A DNA stretch of 64,000 bases from NCBI GenBank assembly GCA_963662465.1, contig OY759599.1, positions 7,264,001 through 7,328,000 on the forward strand, in the 5' to 3' direction. The notes below the pieces were generated by a model. That model was not told the DNA's origin. It did not search any database and saw only the letters and a program-made list of their open reading frames with translations. Below, piece after piece: positions 37,865-47,346 of the stretch. Numbering within the stretch: the first letter of the stretch is position 1; each line of letters begins with the position of its first letter. The stretch is from Desulfatiglandales bacterium (GTDB taxonomy: Bacteria; Desulfobacterota; DSM-4660; Desulfatiglandales; Desulfatiglandaceae). The translations under genes were made by a program, and so were the position numbers.

Positions 37865-40189
37865 TCATTTGCATTCAGGGACATTTTTTTCAAATGATTT
37901 ACCTTCAGCCGCCGATCTCAGGGTTTTGGCGACAGTTTCCGCTGTTCGATCCCAACTGAATCGCGCCTGATAGACTTTCCGCTGACCCGAAATATATTGA
38001 CGAAGCTCAGTCTGGTGTCTGAGGGCGCGATCCAAAACAGTCATAAGTCCATAGACATCACCCGGAGGAAACAGATATCCATTCAAACCGTCCTCAACCA
38101 GCTCAGGTACGCCACCCATGCGGGGGCCGACCACCGGACACCCGGCCATGAGCGCTTCAGCCAGCACCATGCCGAAAGACTCTCCCGGCACAGTGCTGGA
38201 CAGGACCATTACAGCAGCGGATGCATACCAATCGGCCAGTTCTTTTCGAGACGCAACATAACCCATATATCTTATCCCCGTTTCTTCTGATTTACCGGAA
38301 CCCCTCCGGGTGTGGCCGATCACAACCAGCTCCAGTTCGGGCCATTGGTTTCGCAACTTGCGCCAGGCCCGCATTAGAATATCAAAGCCTTTGCTTTTTA
38401 AATCCGGTTTTCCAATAAACAGAAGGTATGGCTTCCGCTTAACACGGCGGCCCTCAGCCATGACGGGCTCCACACCCGGCGGCGCCGCAATGACTTTCAG
38501 ATTCAAGGTGCGAAGGTAAGCCGACTGAGCTGGAAAGGCCTGTGAAGACGCTAGAAAAGCATCACAGAGGGTGAAAGAGCGCTTGGCAAAGAACCGGTGA
38601 TAAAAAATTCCGGCGGTTTTCTTGAACCACCCCGGCCCCGTAACATCACTGTGGTACATTATGACGGCGGGGATATTCAAATCTGCGGCAGCGCGAAGCA
38701 GGAAATCACTAATCCACGGAACCGTGTGATGAACGTAGACCACGTGCGGCATGGTTTTTCGAAGGATGTTTCGGATCTCTTTCCGCCAGGCGGGGTGAAG
38801 CCCTGCCGACATGCACCTGAAAGACGCCGTCGACAGTTCGGGGGCGCCCAAACCATCGCCGGACAGATAGGAAAGCGCCATATGGTATTGGCCTTCCAGG
38901 CGTGAGCACACTTCGTAAATGTATTTTTCCGCCCCGCCCATTTTAATATCCAGAAATTGAGAACCAACCATCACCTTAAGCGGGCGTGTGGATTGGGGAG
39001 CGTCATTCGTGACCATAAAGAAGGACCGGTTCGTAAAAATCGATCTTTTTTCTGTTTTGCGAAGCGTCTGCTCAAAGGCACTGAAAGTTGTTTCAGCCGT
39101 TTTTTGCCACGAAAATCGACGAGATTGCACCAGTCCCTTTTCCACCCATTGGCGGCGGTGCAGGGGATTTCCGGCCAGGTCTTCCATTATCGCCGCAAGA
39201 CCTTCCGCATCGCTCGGATCTTTCATGTAGAGAGCGGCGTCTCCCGCCACTTCGGGCATGCTGGCCTCCCGGGTGGTCACCACCGGGCATCCACAGGCCA
39301 TGGCCTCCAGAATGGGAAGCCCGAATCCCTCGTAGTAACTGGGAAAAATTAATGCCAGGGCGCCGGAATACAGCAGTGCAAGATCCCCATCTCCCACATA
39401 ACCGAGAAACCGGACCTTCTCCCATGAGGTTTTTTGGAGCCATCCCGACCATCCCACCACCACCAAGGGCGTTGTAAGATCTGCCCGATCAAGGGCATCG
39501 GGGATAATGGTCATGTTTTTCCGCGGGTCCCCGCTCCCTACAAAGAGAAAATATCTTTCGGGGAGTCCGTAGCGAATCAGACAATCTTTAATTTCCATGG
39601 TCGGTCTGGGGTATAAAACCGCCGGATTATACCCCAAATAAGTAACGGTTGTATTTTGATGACTGATGTTCAGATGGACTTTCATCTCCTCTTTAATAAA
39701 GGATGAGATGGTCAGAAACTGTCTTACCCGTTTGCATCTGCGGTGAAAAAACAACCTTGAATAGAGTACCCGCTCCCGGGGGTGATGTTCTGGAAACCGA
39801 ATGAGGGAAAGATCCGTCAAAGTAAACACGGTTTTCACATGGTTCGGCGCCACAAAAGGGAAAAAGGCGGCTTCATGGTAAATATCAAAATTCCCCGCAA
39901 ATCTACGAAAGCGTCGCTCTTGGTCAAAATGAAACAGCAATCGAACCAATAAGCCGGGATAAGCCGGGAGTCGCCAGAAAAAGGAAATCAGATTGGACCA
40001 GCGGGTCAGATTTTCGGGCCCGGAAGGCATGATTGGGGAAACCCTCTTTCCATCGAAATATCCGATTTCCAACCTGTCGCCATAATCTTTTTCCAGGGTC
40101 TGGTACAAACAACGCAAATACCGTCCGATGCCGGTGTTGACATTGGCCATGGGAAAGGCATTGACCACAATTTTCATTTTAGGATTCAT
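37865..40189 (-). CDS. Tandem double GT4 glycosyltransferase
   Basis: Two GT4 motifs: EGFGLPILEAMACG and ESFGMVLAEALMAG. Confidence 0.88.
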   Translation of the reverse strand: MNPKMKIVVNAFPMANVNTGIGRYLRCLYQTLEKDYGDRLEIGYFDGKRVSPIMPSGPENLTRWSNLISFFWRLPAYPGLLVRLLFHFDQERRFRRFAGNFDIYHEAAFFPFVAPNHVKTVFTLTDLSLIRFPEHHPRERVLYSRLFFHRRCKRVRQFLTISSFIKEEMKVHLNISHQNTTVTYLGYNPAVLYPRPTMEIKDCLIRYGLPERYFLFVGSGDPRKNMTIIPDALDRADLTTPLVVVGWSGWLQKTSWEKVRFLGYVGDGDLALLYSGALALIFPSYYEGFGLPILEAMACGCPVVTTREASMPEVAGDAALYMKDPSDAEGLAAIMEDLAGNPLHRRQWVEKGLVQSRRFSWQKTAETTFSAFEQTLRKTEKRSIFTNRSFFMVTNDAPQSTRPLKVMVGSQFLDIKMGGAEKYIYEVCSRLEGQYHMALSYLSGDGLGAPELSTASFRCMSAGLHPAWRKEIRNILRKTMPHVVYVHHTVPWISDFLLRAAADLNIPAVIMYHSDVTGPGWFKKTAGIFYHRFFAKRSFTLCDAFLASSQAFPAQSAYLRTLNLKVIAAPPGVEPVMAEGRRVKRKPYLLFIGKPDLKSKGFDILMRAWRKLRNQWPELELVVIGHTRRGSGKSEETGIRYMGYVASRKELADWYASAAVMVLSSTVPGESFGMVLAEALMAGCPVVGPRMGGVPELVEDGLNGYLFPPGDVYGLMTVLDRALRHQTELRQYISGQRKVYQARFSWDRTAETVAKTLRSAAEGKSFEKNVPECK

Positions 40190-41388
40190 GGGTTGCGATT
40201 ATGCCCCATATGCCGCTTAAGTCCAAAAAACAGGACAACGGTCATGAAGATTTCGGTAACAATCGTGGCCCATGCCGCTCCTTTACCGCCATATTCGGGG
40301 ATTAGCAATAGATTGAGGGCAATGTTTAAAAGTGCCGAAAAACCGGCAAGCATTGCATAGGGCCGTTCAAGGTTCTGAGCGATTGCTCCCTGCGCCAGAA
40401 CCCCCTTGGGAAGAATAAAGATCAGCGCAAAGAGGAGCCATGGCAGTAATTGGGCTGATGCTCCGTAGGCTTTTCCAAAGGAGAAGTCCACAATTTTTTC
40501 GCAGAATGGCGTTGCCATTGCGGATACCAGACACCCCAACATTAGCATTAGTACGCACATTTTTCCAATCTGACGTTCAAACAGACGTTTATCCATCCAG
40601 ACCAACCGCAACTTTCTGAACCACACCTCACGCAATGGGGCTGTCATTAACACAATGCCGTCCATAAACCGGTAAGCCGCAGCATAATACCCCACCTCGT
40701 CATTATTTCCAGCCATAGCCAACAATATAATATCACAGCGATAATACACTGTTGTGGCCGCATCAATGGCCATAAATCCCAGGCAGGCGCGACGAATACC
40801 CTGAATGCTGAAACCCTTAAAGGCCGGCCTTTGAAGGGGAACCGGGGACCATAACAGGCACAACAAAAGACCGGTTGCCCAGCCGGCAAAGATGATCCAG
40901 ATATCCGTACCCACCAGGAAAAGGGCCGCTAAAATACCCAAAGCGCCAAAGGTCCGCACAAGAATCTGCCAAAACGCCTCCCGGGGAAACCGACCTTCGC
41001 TTTTCAGCGATGAAGAAATAAAGTCGGCCACTGCCTGAAGCCCAAAGTATAAAAAGGCCGCCAGAATGCCCATGCGATACTGAAATGGCAGTACTAGAAC
41101 GCAAAAAGCCCCTGCCCCGGTTGCAATCAGCGTATGACCAAGCGCCCATGGAAACAGGTGATCCTGATGCCGCGCCATGGCCAGGGTGGGGAGGGTCCTC
41201 TCGCGGAAAATAAGCATTTTGAAACCGCCATCCTGAACGATCAGGAAAAGGGCGGCCAGGGTCAATACATAACTGTAACGGCCAAATGCTTCGGGCCCGA
41301 GTACACGTCCCAGCAGAAACGTAAGGAACACGGATACGCCGGCCGTGTAGGTGGTGGCCATCCATTGGCTTATCAGGTTTTGTTTCAT
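40186..41388 (-). CDS. Polysaccharide flippase (Wzx/PST family)
   Basis: Multi-TM; RVLGPEAFG.Y, VGYYAAAYR and LIPEYG..GAAWAT motifs. Confidence 0.88.
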   Translation of the reverse strand: MKQNLISQWMATTYTAGVSVFLTFLLGRVLGPEAFGRYSYVLTLAALFLIVQDGGFKMLIFRERTLPTLAMARHQDHLFPWALGHTLIATGAGAFCVLVLPFQYRMGILAAFLYFGLQAVADFISSSLKSEGRFPREAFWQILVRTFGALGILAALFLVGTDIWIIFAGWATGLLLCLLWSPVPLQRPAFKGFSIQGIRRACLGFMAIDAATTVYYRCDIILLAMAGNNDEVGYYAAAYRFMDGIVLMTAPLREVWFRKLRLVWMDKRLFERQIGKMCVLMLMLGCLVSAMATPFCEKIVDFSFGKAYGASAQLLPWLLFALIFILPKGVLAQGAIAQNLERPYAMLAGFSALLNIALNLLLIPEYGGKGAAWATIVTEIFMTVVLFFGLKRHMGHNRNP

Positions 41389-41669
41389 TGCAAAACAGGA
41401 TACGATATTGCATCTCTTTCCCGTTAGATCATAACGCACTGACTTGTTTATATGTTTCCACTGTTTTATTGACGTGGTTATTCCACCTGAATTTTTTATA
41501 CTCATCCGGATGCTGTGGTGATATGCGGAGAGCTGATATTTTTTGAAAGAAAGCGATGGGACCTGGCGATTGTGGGAATATTTCAGCACGGAAGAAGTTA
41601 TAGCAATTAAGTCAACCCAGGTTGAGGCAGCTATAAAAGAAATATATGTGAGAATTACCGCAACGCTAA

Positions 41670-43638
41670 CCTGAGTTTACGAATTAGCAAAAGTCAATCT
41701 TGTAACTTGCTGTTATGTCTAAAAAATTTCACCACCATTTGTACCCCCTAACTTAGCAAATATTGTTCCATTTTGAATAGATCGAAAAGCCGTTTTTGGA
41801 CTTCATCCATCTTGGAAACAACCGATTGCGCTGGCTGTTTATTTTTTCGTTTCGGAAATACATTGAGAACTTCTCGTATTCCGAAAAGTTTATCATGTAG
41901 TCTATTTATGGACATAGGCATTGATGCTTCCTGAGTCCTTTTCATTATCAAGGCTCGAAGAAGCAAGGATAATGAACAATATAGTCCATGAACCTTTATC
42001 TTCTGGTCTGTCCAATGAAACATGGGCCACCAGGTTCCAGTTTTTCTGTCTTTCATTTGTTTAAAAACGTTCTCAATAACATACTGGCTTCGATAAGTAA
42101 CTATAATATCTTCTGTCGACCAGCTATGGTTGTCTGTTATGATGATATTTTTCCCCAAATATGTATCGGAAAGCTCAGCATAAGAGTTGGTGTCTAAATT
42201 ATAGGCAAGAACCGGAATACCATTATGTTCAGTAACAGTTGCTTTGATTAAAGTCTTCATATGTTGACCGGAAAGAGTTGATGCTACTTGTTTTTTTATG
42301 GATTCCTTGGTCGGTGTTTTTCCTTTGGTGATTCTTCCCGCAACACGGTCTTCTAATTTGGTAGAAATAACTAAAAGTTTGCCAAGACATTTATTTATTT
42401 CATTATTAATGGATTTTATTTGTGAAGTATAAAGATTGTTGTTGAAGGAAACCACAACAGTCAGGTCTTTTCCATATATTTTTTTCTGTGTGCGAAATGC
42501 CTTAACCTGATCCAATTTGGGATGTGAGAGGGGAACAAGACATTTATCGTTATTGGAAATTAAAGCTAAATCCTTATGATCATCCGGCTTGACTGAACCG
42601 ACAAAATGAAAACCGGAGTCCCCTACGAATTTATTTAGGTTTTCTTGAGAGTTATTGCCTTTATCAAATACGATTGTTAAGCCATCGTTATTTGGTTTCC
42701 TATCTTTAAAGGCACGGAAAAAGTTTTCAATTACTATTCCAAACTCTTTCGAATCATGCGTGTTGCCTTCAAACACATCAAAGTATAATGGAAAATGGTC
42801 CTTGCGTGTGCAAAACAATGCATAATTGATTTGTCTGAGGTTACCGCGCCCCTGTTTATTTTTTCCTCTTTTTGCAAGAGAGCAACGTGTATTGAAAGAT
42901 CCAATGAAAGAATAGAAATTAGTTCCATCATAAGATGCGCAAGACAAATCAATATCTTCTCGATCCAAGATTGAATTTACAAGTTTTAACCATGTTATTA
43001 TTATTTTATCCTCCTTAATGGAAGACATGTTATCCCAAAAACGTTGGGAACTCAGAGACGTTTTATCCGCTTCAGGAAATACTCGAAAAAGAATAGTATC
43101 CTGAAACCATTTCCACATAGAACGTTTACTAACAGCCTCTATTCCACGGTTTATCGCAGCCAAAGTCAAATAGAACCCAACAGATAATCCTTGATTTCGT
43201 TTAGGTAAAACACTATCAAGAATCGAGATCATATTGATTTCTTCAGCAATGTTTAAATAGGCTGCGGGACCACCAAGCTGAAATATCTCTGCATATGTCG
43301 GTTTTGGAGGTATCCCCTCTACGGCTGCAATTATTTTCGGTAAAGATCCTAAATATTTCTGCCATTTTCGTCGAGGCTTCCCATCTACCCGCTCACTTTC
43401 CTCAGCGTAATAATAGGTGATGCCTTTGATCTGTTTGCGAGTAATATATGCCATAAAACATGTATTCCCTCTCAAAGAATGCATTATTAGGGGGTACAAA
43501 TATCACAAAAAACACGTTTATGTCAAGCTATACCTGCATTTCATGGTTCATTAAAGTTAGGGGGTACACTTTAAATCTGTAACTATCAAAAAATACACGA
43601 TTTATTTGATTAAGGTGCGGTTATTTCGTAAACTCACG
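41670..43638 (-). mobile_element. Complete IS1634-family element
   Basis: Terminal IRs CCTGAGTTTACGAA / TTCGTAAACTCACG; flanking CTAA duplication; AT-rich. Confidence 0.85.
41748..43454 (-). CDS. IS1634-family transposase
   Basis: YDGTNF, RGKNK..R..L.Q, GN.HD, VFDKGNNS and IENVFKQMK motifs. Confidence 0.9.
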   Translation of the reverse strand: MAYITRKQIKGITYYYAEESERVDGKPRRKWQKYLGSLPKIIAAVEGIPPKPTYAEIFQLGGPAAYLNIAEEINMISILDSVLPKRNQGLSVGFYLTLAAINRGIEAVSKRSMWKWFQDTILFRVFPEADKTSLSSQRFWDNMSSIKEDKIIITWLKLVNSILDREDIDLSCASYDGTNFYSFIGSFNTRCSLAKRGKNKQGRGNLRQINYALFCTRKDHFPLYFDVFEGNTHDSKEFGIVIENFFRAFKDRKPNNDGLTIVFDKGNNSQENLNKFVGDSGFHFVGSVKPDDHKDLALISNNDKCLVPLSHPKLDQVKAFRTQKKIYGKDLTVVVSFNNNLYTSQIKSINNEINKCLGKLLVISTKLEDRVAGRITKGKTPTKESIKKQVASTLSGQHMKTLIKATVTEHNGIPVLAYNLDTNSYAELSDTYLGKNIIITDNHSWSTEDIIVTYRSQYVIENVFKQMKDRKTGTWWPMFHWTDQKIKVHGLYCSLSLLLRALIMKRTQEASMPMSINRLHDKLFGIREVLNVFPKRKNKQPAQSVVSKMDEVQKRLFDLFKMEQYLLS

Positions 43639-43772
43639 CTAAAAGGGAAACTTAAACCATAATTTCAAGTCAAACCCGGAAATCTATCTCGTGCAAAGGC
43701 GCAAGAAAACGGTGCTTAAACCTTTGCGTCTTTGCGCGAGACTTTTTTGGGTTACGGCTACGTCGTCTTAGC

Positions 43773-44615
43773 CTAATACTCCCCCGGCATGGTTTTGAGC
43801 TTTGCCAAGGGAAAAACCGGACCATCTTTGCATACATACTGGTCGCCGATGTTGCAGCGTCCGCAGATGCCGATGCCGCATTTCATGCGCATTTCAAGAC
43901 TAAGAATAATCCGGTCCGGCGAAAATCCCAGCTTTTCCAGGACCGGCTGGGTGAATTTGATCATGATGGGCGGCCCGCAAACGATGGCAATGGCGTTTTC
44001 CGCGCTGGTGATTTTCTGCTCGGTAATGGTGGGAACGAACCCAACATTGTATTTCCAGTCCGGATCATCTGTGCCGTCCACGGTGATGTGCATGTTGATG
44101 TCATCCCGCTGTTCCCATGCGGCCAGCTCGTCCTTGTAGAGGAGCATACCGGGACTTCTGGCGCCGTACACGACCGAGATGTCCGCAAATTTGGGCCTGT
44201 TTTCAGGGTCCAGCATATAGATGATGCTGGAACGCAGGGTGGTGAAAGCGAACCCGCCCCCCACGATGACCACATGCTTGCCTTCCATCTCGTCCCAGGG
44301 ATACCAGTTGCCCAAAGGGCCCCGAATCCCCATGATATCCCCTTCTTTCATGTTGTGCAGATGGGTGGTGACCAGTCCCACTTTGTTCACCGTAAAGGCC
44401 ACAAACCCCTTTTCCGTGGGCGAAGATGCGATGCCGATGGGAATCTCTCCCTTTCCGGCAATAGACAATTCGCCGAATTGCCCCGGTGTATAGGCGAATT
44501 TTTTTTCGTCTTCCGGGTTGATAAACACAAACCGGAAAGTTTTGAGGTTTTTATCCTCTGTTTCCGTGACAATCCTGTCAATGCGAACAGGATAGGGTAA
44601 ATAAGGATTTCCCAA
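43773..44615 (-). CDS. flxA: FlxA (FAD/NAD-binding, AsrB-like)
   Basis: PGQF, RGPLGN, GGG, CGPPIM and MKCGIGICGRC..VCKDGPVF motifs; TTG start. Confidence 0.85.
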   Translation of the reverse strand: MGNPYLPYPVRIDRIVTETEDKNLKTFRFVFINPEDEKKFAYTPGQFGELSIAGKGEIPIGIASSPTEKGFVAFTVNKVGLVTTHLHNMKEGDIMGIRGPLGNWYPWDEMEGKHVVIVGGGFAFTTLRSSIIYMLDPENRPKFADISVVYGARSPGMLLYKDELAAWEQRDDINMHITVDGTDDPDWKYNVGFVPTITEQKITSAENAIAIVCGPPIMIKFTQPVLEKLGFSPDRIILSLEMRMKCGIGICGRCNIGDQYVCKDGPVFPLAKLKTMPGEY

Positions 44616-44691
44616 TTGAATCCCCCCTCTATTATATGCGCCGAACACCTATCCGCTCGGCGTTTAATTTTTCAACAGGTACGCGGTTGCC

Positions 44692-45732
44692 CTATGCAAA
44701 GTCATTCATCAACTTGCAGACTTCCCGGATATCGATGTTTACCGGACAATACCGGACGCAACGACCACACCCGGAGCATTGAACCCCGTTTTCGTATTTA
44801 TCCACATAATACTTGAGTTTATGCATGAAACGCTGTCGCACCCGCTGGAATTTGTTGGCTCTTGGGTTATGGCCCGACCCATGCAGGGAAAAGAGGGGGA
44901 ACATGCACGAATCCCAGTTGCGAATCCGATCGCCCTGTTTCCCCAAAACTTCATCCTGGATGTCGAAACACCAGCAGGTGGGACAGAGATAGGTGCAGGT
45001 GCCGCAGTTAAGGCAGGCAAAAGCGACATCCTGCCAGAAAGGAGCGTCAAAAAGTTCGGTGGTCACTTTTTCTTTCAATTGGTCCGTGGGAACGACGGCC
45101 GTGATCTTTTCCCGGGCCGGCCCTTTCAGGGCTTCGGCCGCCGCAAGCGTCCCATCGTCTGCGGCATTCCCGCCAGGCGCTTTTTCCAGGAATGCTTCTC
45201 CTTTATCGGTAATAGCTTTTGCCAGGAACCTTTCCCCCAGATCAAAGAGCAGTACATCCAGCCCATTTTCATTGAAGGGGTCGCCTCCCACCTGGGTGCA
45301 GAAACATGTGGTGCAGGGGTCGTTGCAACCGAGACCCACCAGGGTGGTGGATTCAAAATGTCCTGTCCACCAGGGATCCTGGTATTCGGGACTGTCGAAG
45401 TTGCGTTTTACGATCTGAAAGGCATGGGCATCGCAGGGTCTGATGCCCACAATTGCACAGGGTGAATAGTCCTTGGGTGATTCCTTCAGAATATGGGCAT
45501 CGTCGTCTGTTTCATCCAGGGAGTATTCAAACATTCGCTCCGATTCCGGATAAATTACGGATTTGGGAGGGAGTCTGCTGTTTTCATAATCAAAGTCCGG
45601 CTTTTTGTCTCCGTTAAGGAGCATAAAGGTGTGAAAATCTCCATCCTTCACCGGGCCAAAGATTCTATAGAACTCCTCTAAGCCCTTCATGGCCCCCAGC
45701 CATTCTTCCTTGGTGAATATTTTTTCCGTCAT
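44692..45732 (-). CDS. flxB: FlxB (AsrA-like 4Fe-4S protein)
   Basis: GIRPCD, CLNCGTC...CPTCWCF and CSGCGRC...CP motifs. Confidence 0.85.
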   Translation of the reverse strand: MTEKIFTKEEWLGAMKGLEEFYRIFGPVKDGDFHTFMLLNGDKKPDFDYENSRLPPKSVIYPESERMFEYSLDETDDDAHILKESPKDYSPCAIVGIRPCDAHAFQIVKRNFDSPEYQDPWWTGHFESTTLVGLGCNDPCTTCFCTQVGGDPFNENGLDVLLFDLGERFLAKAITDKGEAFLEKAPGGNAADDGTLAAAEALKGPAREKITAVVPTDQLKEKVTTELFDAPFWQDVAFACLNCGTCTYLCPTCWCFDIQDEVLGKQGDRIRNWDSCMFPLFSLHGSGHNPRANKFQRVRQRFMHKLKYYVDKYENGVQCSGCGRCVRYCPVNIDIREVCKLMNDFA

Positions 45733-45773
45733 GGTAGATCCTTTGATGATATGCGTTAGTTGCCGGTTCCCGC

Positions 45774-46724
45774 CTATTTGATGAAGTCGTTGTAGTCATC
45801 GGGCCGGTAAACATCCAGGGGCGGGCGTTTTTCCGGGTCAAGCCCCGCCTCCCACGAGAAAAGCGCCTGGGTATCCTTATTGAGTTTTTTGGTAAACTGT
45901 CTCATGGAGATGCCCATGGGGCAGACTCGCTCACAGGCGCCGCAATCGGTACATCGTCCGGCACAATGATAAGCCCTTAAAAAATGAAAGGTCATGGTAT
46001 CCGTGGGATCGATGCTTTTCCCCACCCACTGGGGCGCGGATTCATCCACGAAACAGGTGGGGCAGTAACACAAGGGACAGGCATTCCGGCAGGCGTAGCA
46101 CCTGATGCATCGGCTGATGAGCCGTGTAAAAAATCCCTGCTTCTTTTCGGGATCCATGGCTTCGATTTTTTCCACATCCGTATAGGGGTTGACGCCTGTT
46201 TGTTCCACGACCGGGTCGCCCAGTATTTCATCGTACATAACGGGGTTGCGGTGGGTGCAGACCGCACAGTTGCTTTGAAGGAACTTTTGTTTCTCAAAGG
46301 TTTCCTCAAAATCTTTACCCTTGACCACAAATTTAGCCCCGTTCTGTTGGATATCAAGGATTTCCTTATTCTTGACCGCACGGGCCACGGCCCGATGGTC
46401 GATCATCCCTTCGCAGGGGATGCCCACAATGTAGAGCTGATCTCGCTTGATCTGATTTTCGATAATATGGGTGACAATGTTTCTCGAATTGCATCCATTG
46501 GCGATGATGCCGATTTTGTCGGTTCGCTTGGTCAGATAATTGCAGAGGTTCAGACCGCAAAAGTTGTCCCAGTAAAGCTGGTCCACTTTATCAGGATGGT
46601 TCACCAGCAGCGGCTCGTTCATCATGGGCACCGTTCCTTTTTGGTAGCCGATGAAAACCTCCACCTTTTCCTCTGTCAGCAACCTTTTGGCGGTTTCCCT
46701 GATTTTTTCAGTGTATTTGAGCAT
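45774..46724 (-). CDS. flxC: FlxC (4Fe-4S protein)
   Basis: CIRCYACRNACPLCYC and HCAGRCTDCGACERVCP motifs. Confidence 0.85.
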   Translation of the reverse strand: MLKYTEKIRETAKRLLTEEKVEVFIGYQKGTVPMMNEPLLVNHPDKVDQLYWDNFCGLNLCNYLTKRTDKIGIIANGCNSRNIVTHIIENQIKRDQLYIVGIPCEGMIDHRAVARAVKNKEILDIQQNGAKFVVKGKDFEETFEKQKFLQSNCAVCTHRNPVMYDEILGDPVVEQTGVNPYTDVEKIEAMDPEKKQGFFTRLISRCIRCYACRNACPLCYCPTCFVDESAPQWVGKSIDPTDTMTFHFLRAYHCAGRCTDCGACERVCPMGISMRQFTKKLNKDTQALFSWEAGLDPEKRPPLDVYRPDDYNDFIK

Positions 46725-47155
46725 TATGCCACCTCGGCTCTCGATTTAATGAAATAACGGGTCGGGCCCAGGGCCTTTACTTCTTTCGCCACAGTGTTTG
46801 CTACGTCAACAAACTTGGTTGCTTCAGCTGACGATATCCAGGAAAAATGGAGTCTGCCCGGTTCAAGGCCGATATGTTCCAAAAGACCCTTTAAAAGTGC
46901 GAATTTCCGTCTTGCGTAGTAATTACCTTCCAGGTAATGGCAGTCGCCGGGGTGTCAGCCGGACACCCATACGCCGTCAGAACCGTGACGGAAGGCCGCC
47001 AGTACGAACTTCGGGGTTACCCGGGCTGAACAGGGCACCCGGATGATCCTGAAATTCGGCGGATATTGAAAGCGGCTCACACCCGCCAGGTCCGCTGCAC
47101 CGTAACTGCACCAGTTACAGAGAAAGGTTGTGATTTTTGGTTCCCAATCGCTCAT
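46724..47155 (-). CDS. flxD: FlxD/MvhD-like selenoprotein (UGA at 46955-46957 read as Sec), 143 aa
   Basis: [17 protein letters not shown], then SG-UGA-HPGDCHY.EGN continuing in frame to TAA 46724; SECIS-like hairpin follows the UGA. Confidence 0.9.
46922..46938 (-). promoter_or_regulatory. SECIS element of flxD
   Basis: ATTACCT-GGA-AGGTAAT hairpin 16 nt after the UGA. Confidence 0.7.
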
Positions 47156-47247
47156 TCCCTCATCTCCTATTGTAGTTAAACATCGTTTCCAATGAAATTA
47201 GGTTTGGGGTGTAAGGCGTCAGGTTAATGATCAAGGTATTTTTCGCT

Positions 47248-47275
47248 CCTAACACCTAAAACTTAAAACTTAAAA
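47248..47275. repeat. Heptamer tandem array (CYTAAMA)x4
   Basis: Between hdrL and flxD. Confidence 0.75.
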
Positions 47276-47346
47276 AACCCCTATACCACATCCCGAATTC
47301 AAATATTAGAAAAAAATGCAATTTTTAAAACGCACCATCCAAACCT

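Noticed and set aside
29906..43700. Second tandem tRNA island with its own att
   Set aside because: The content is accessory, but I found no further copy of the tRNA 3' end to bound it.
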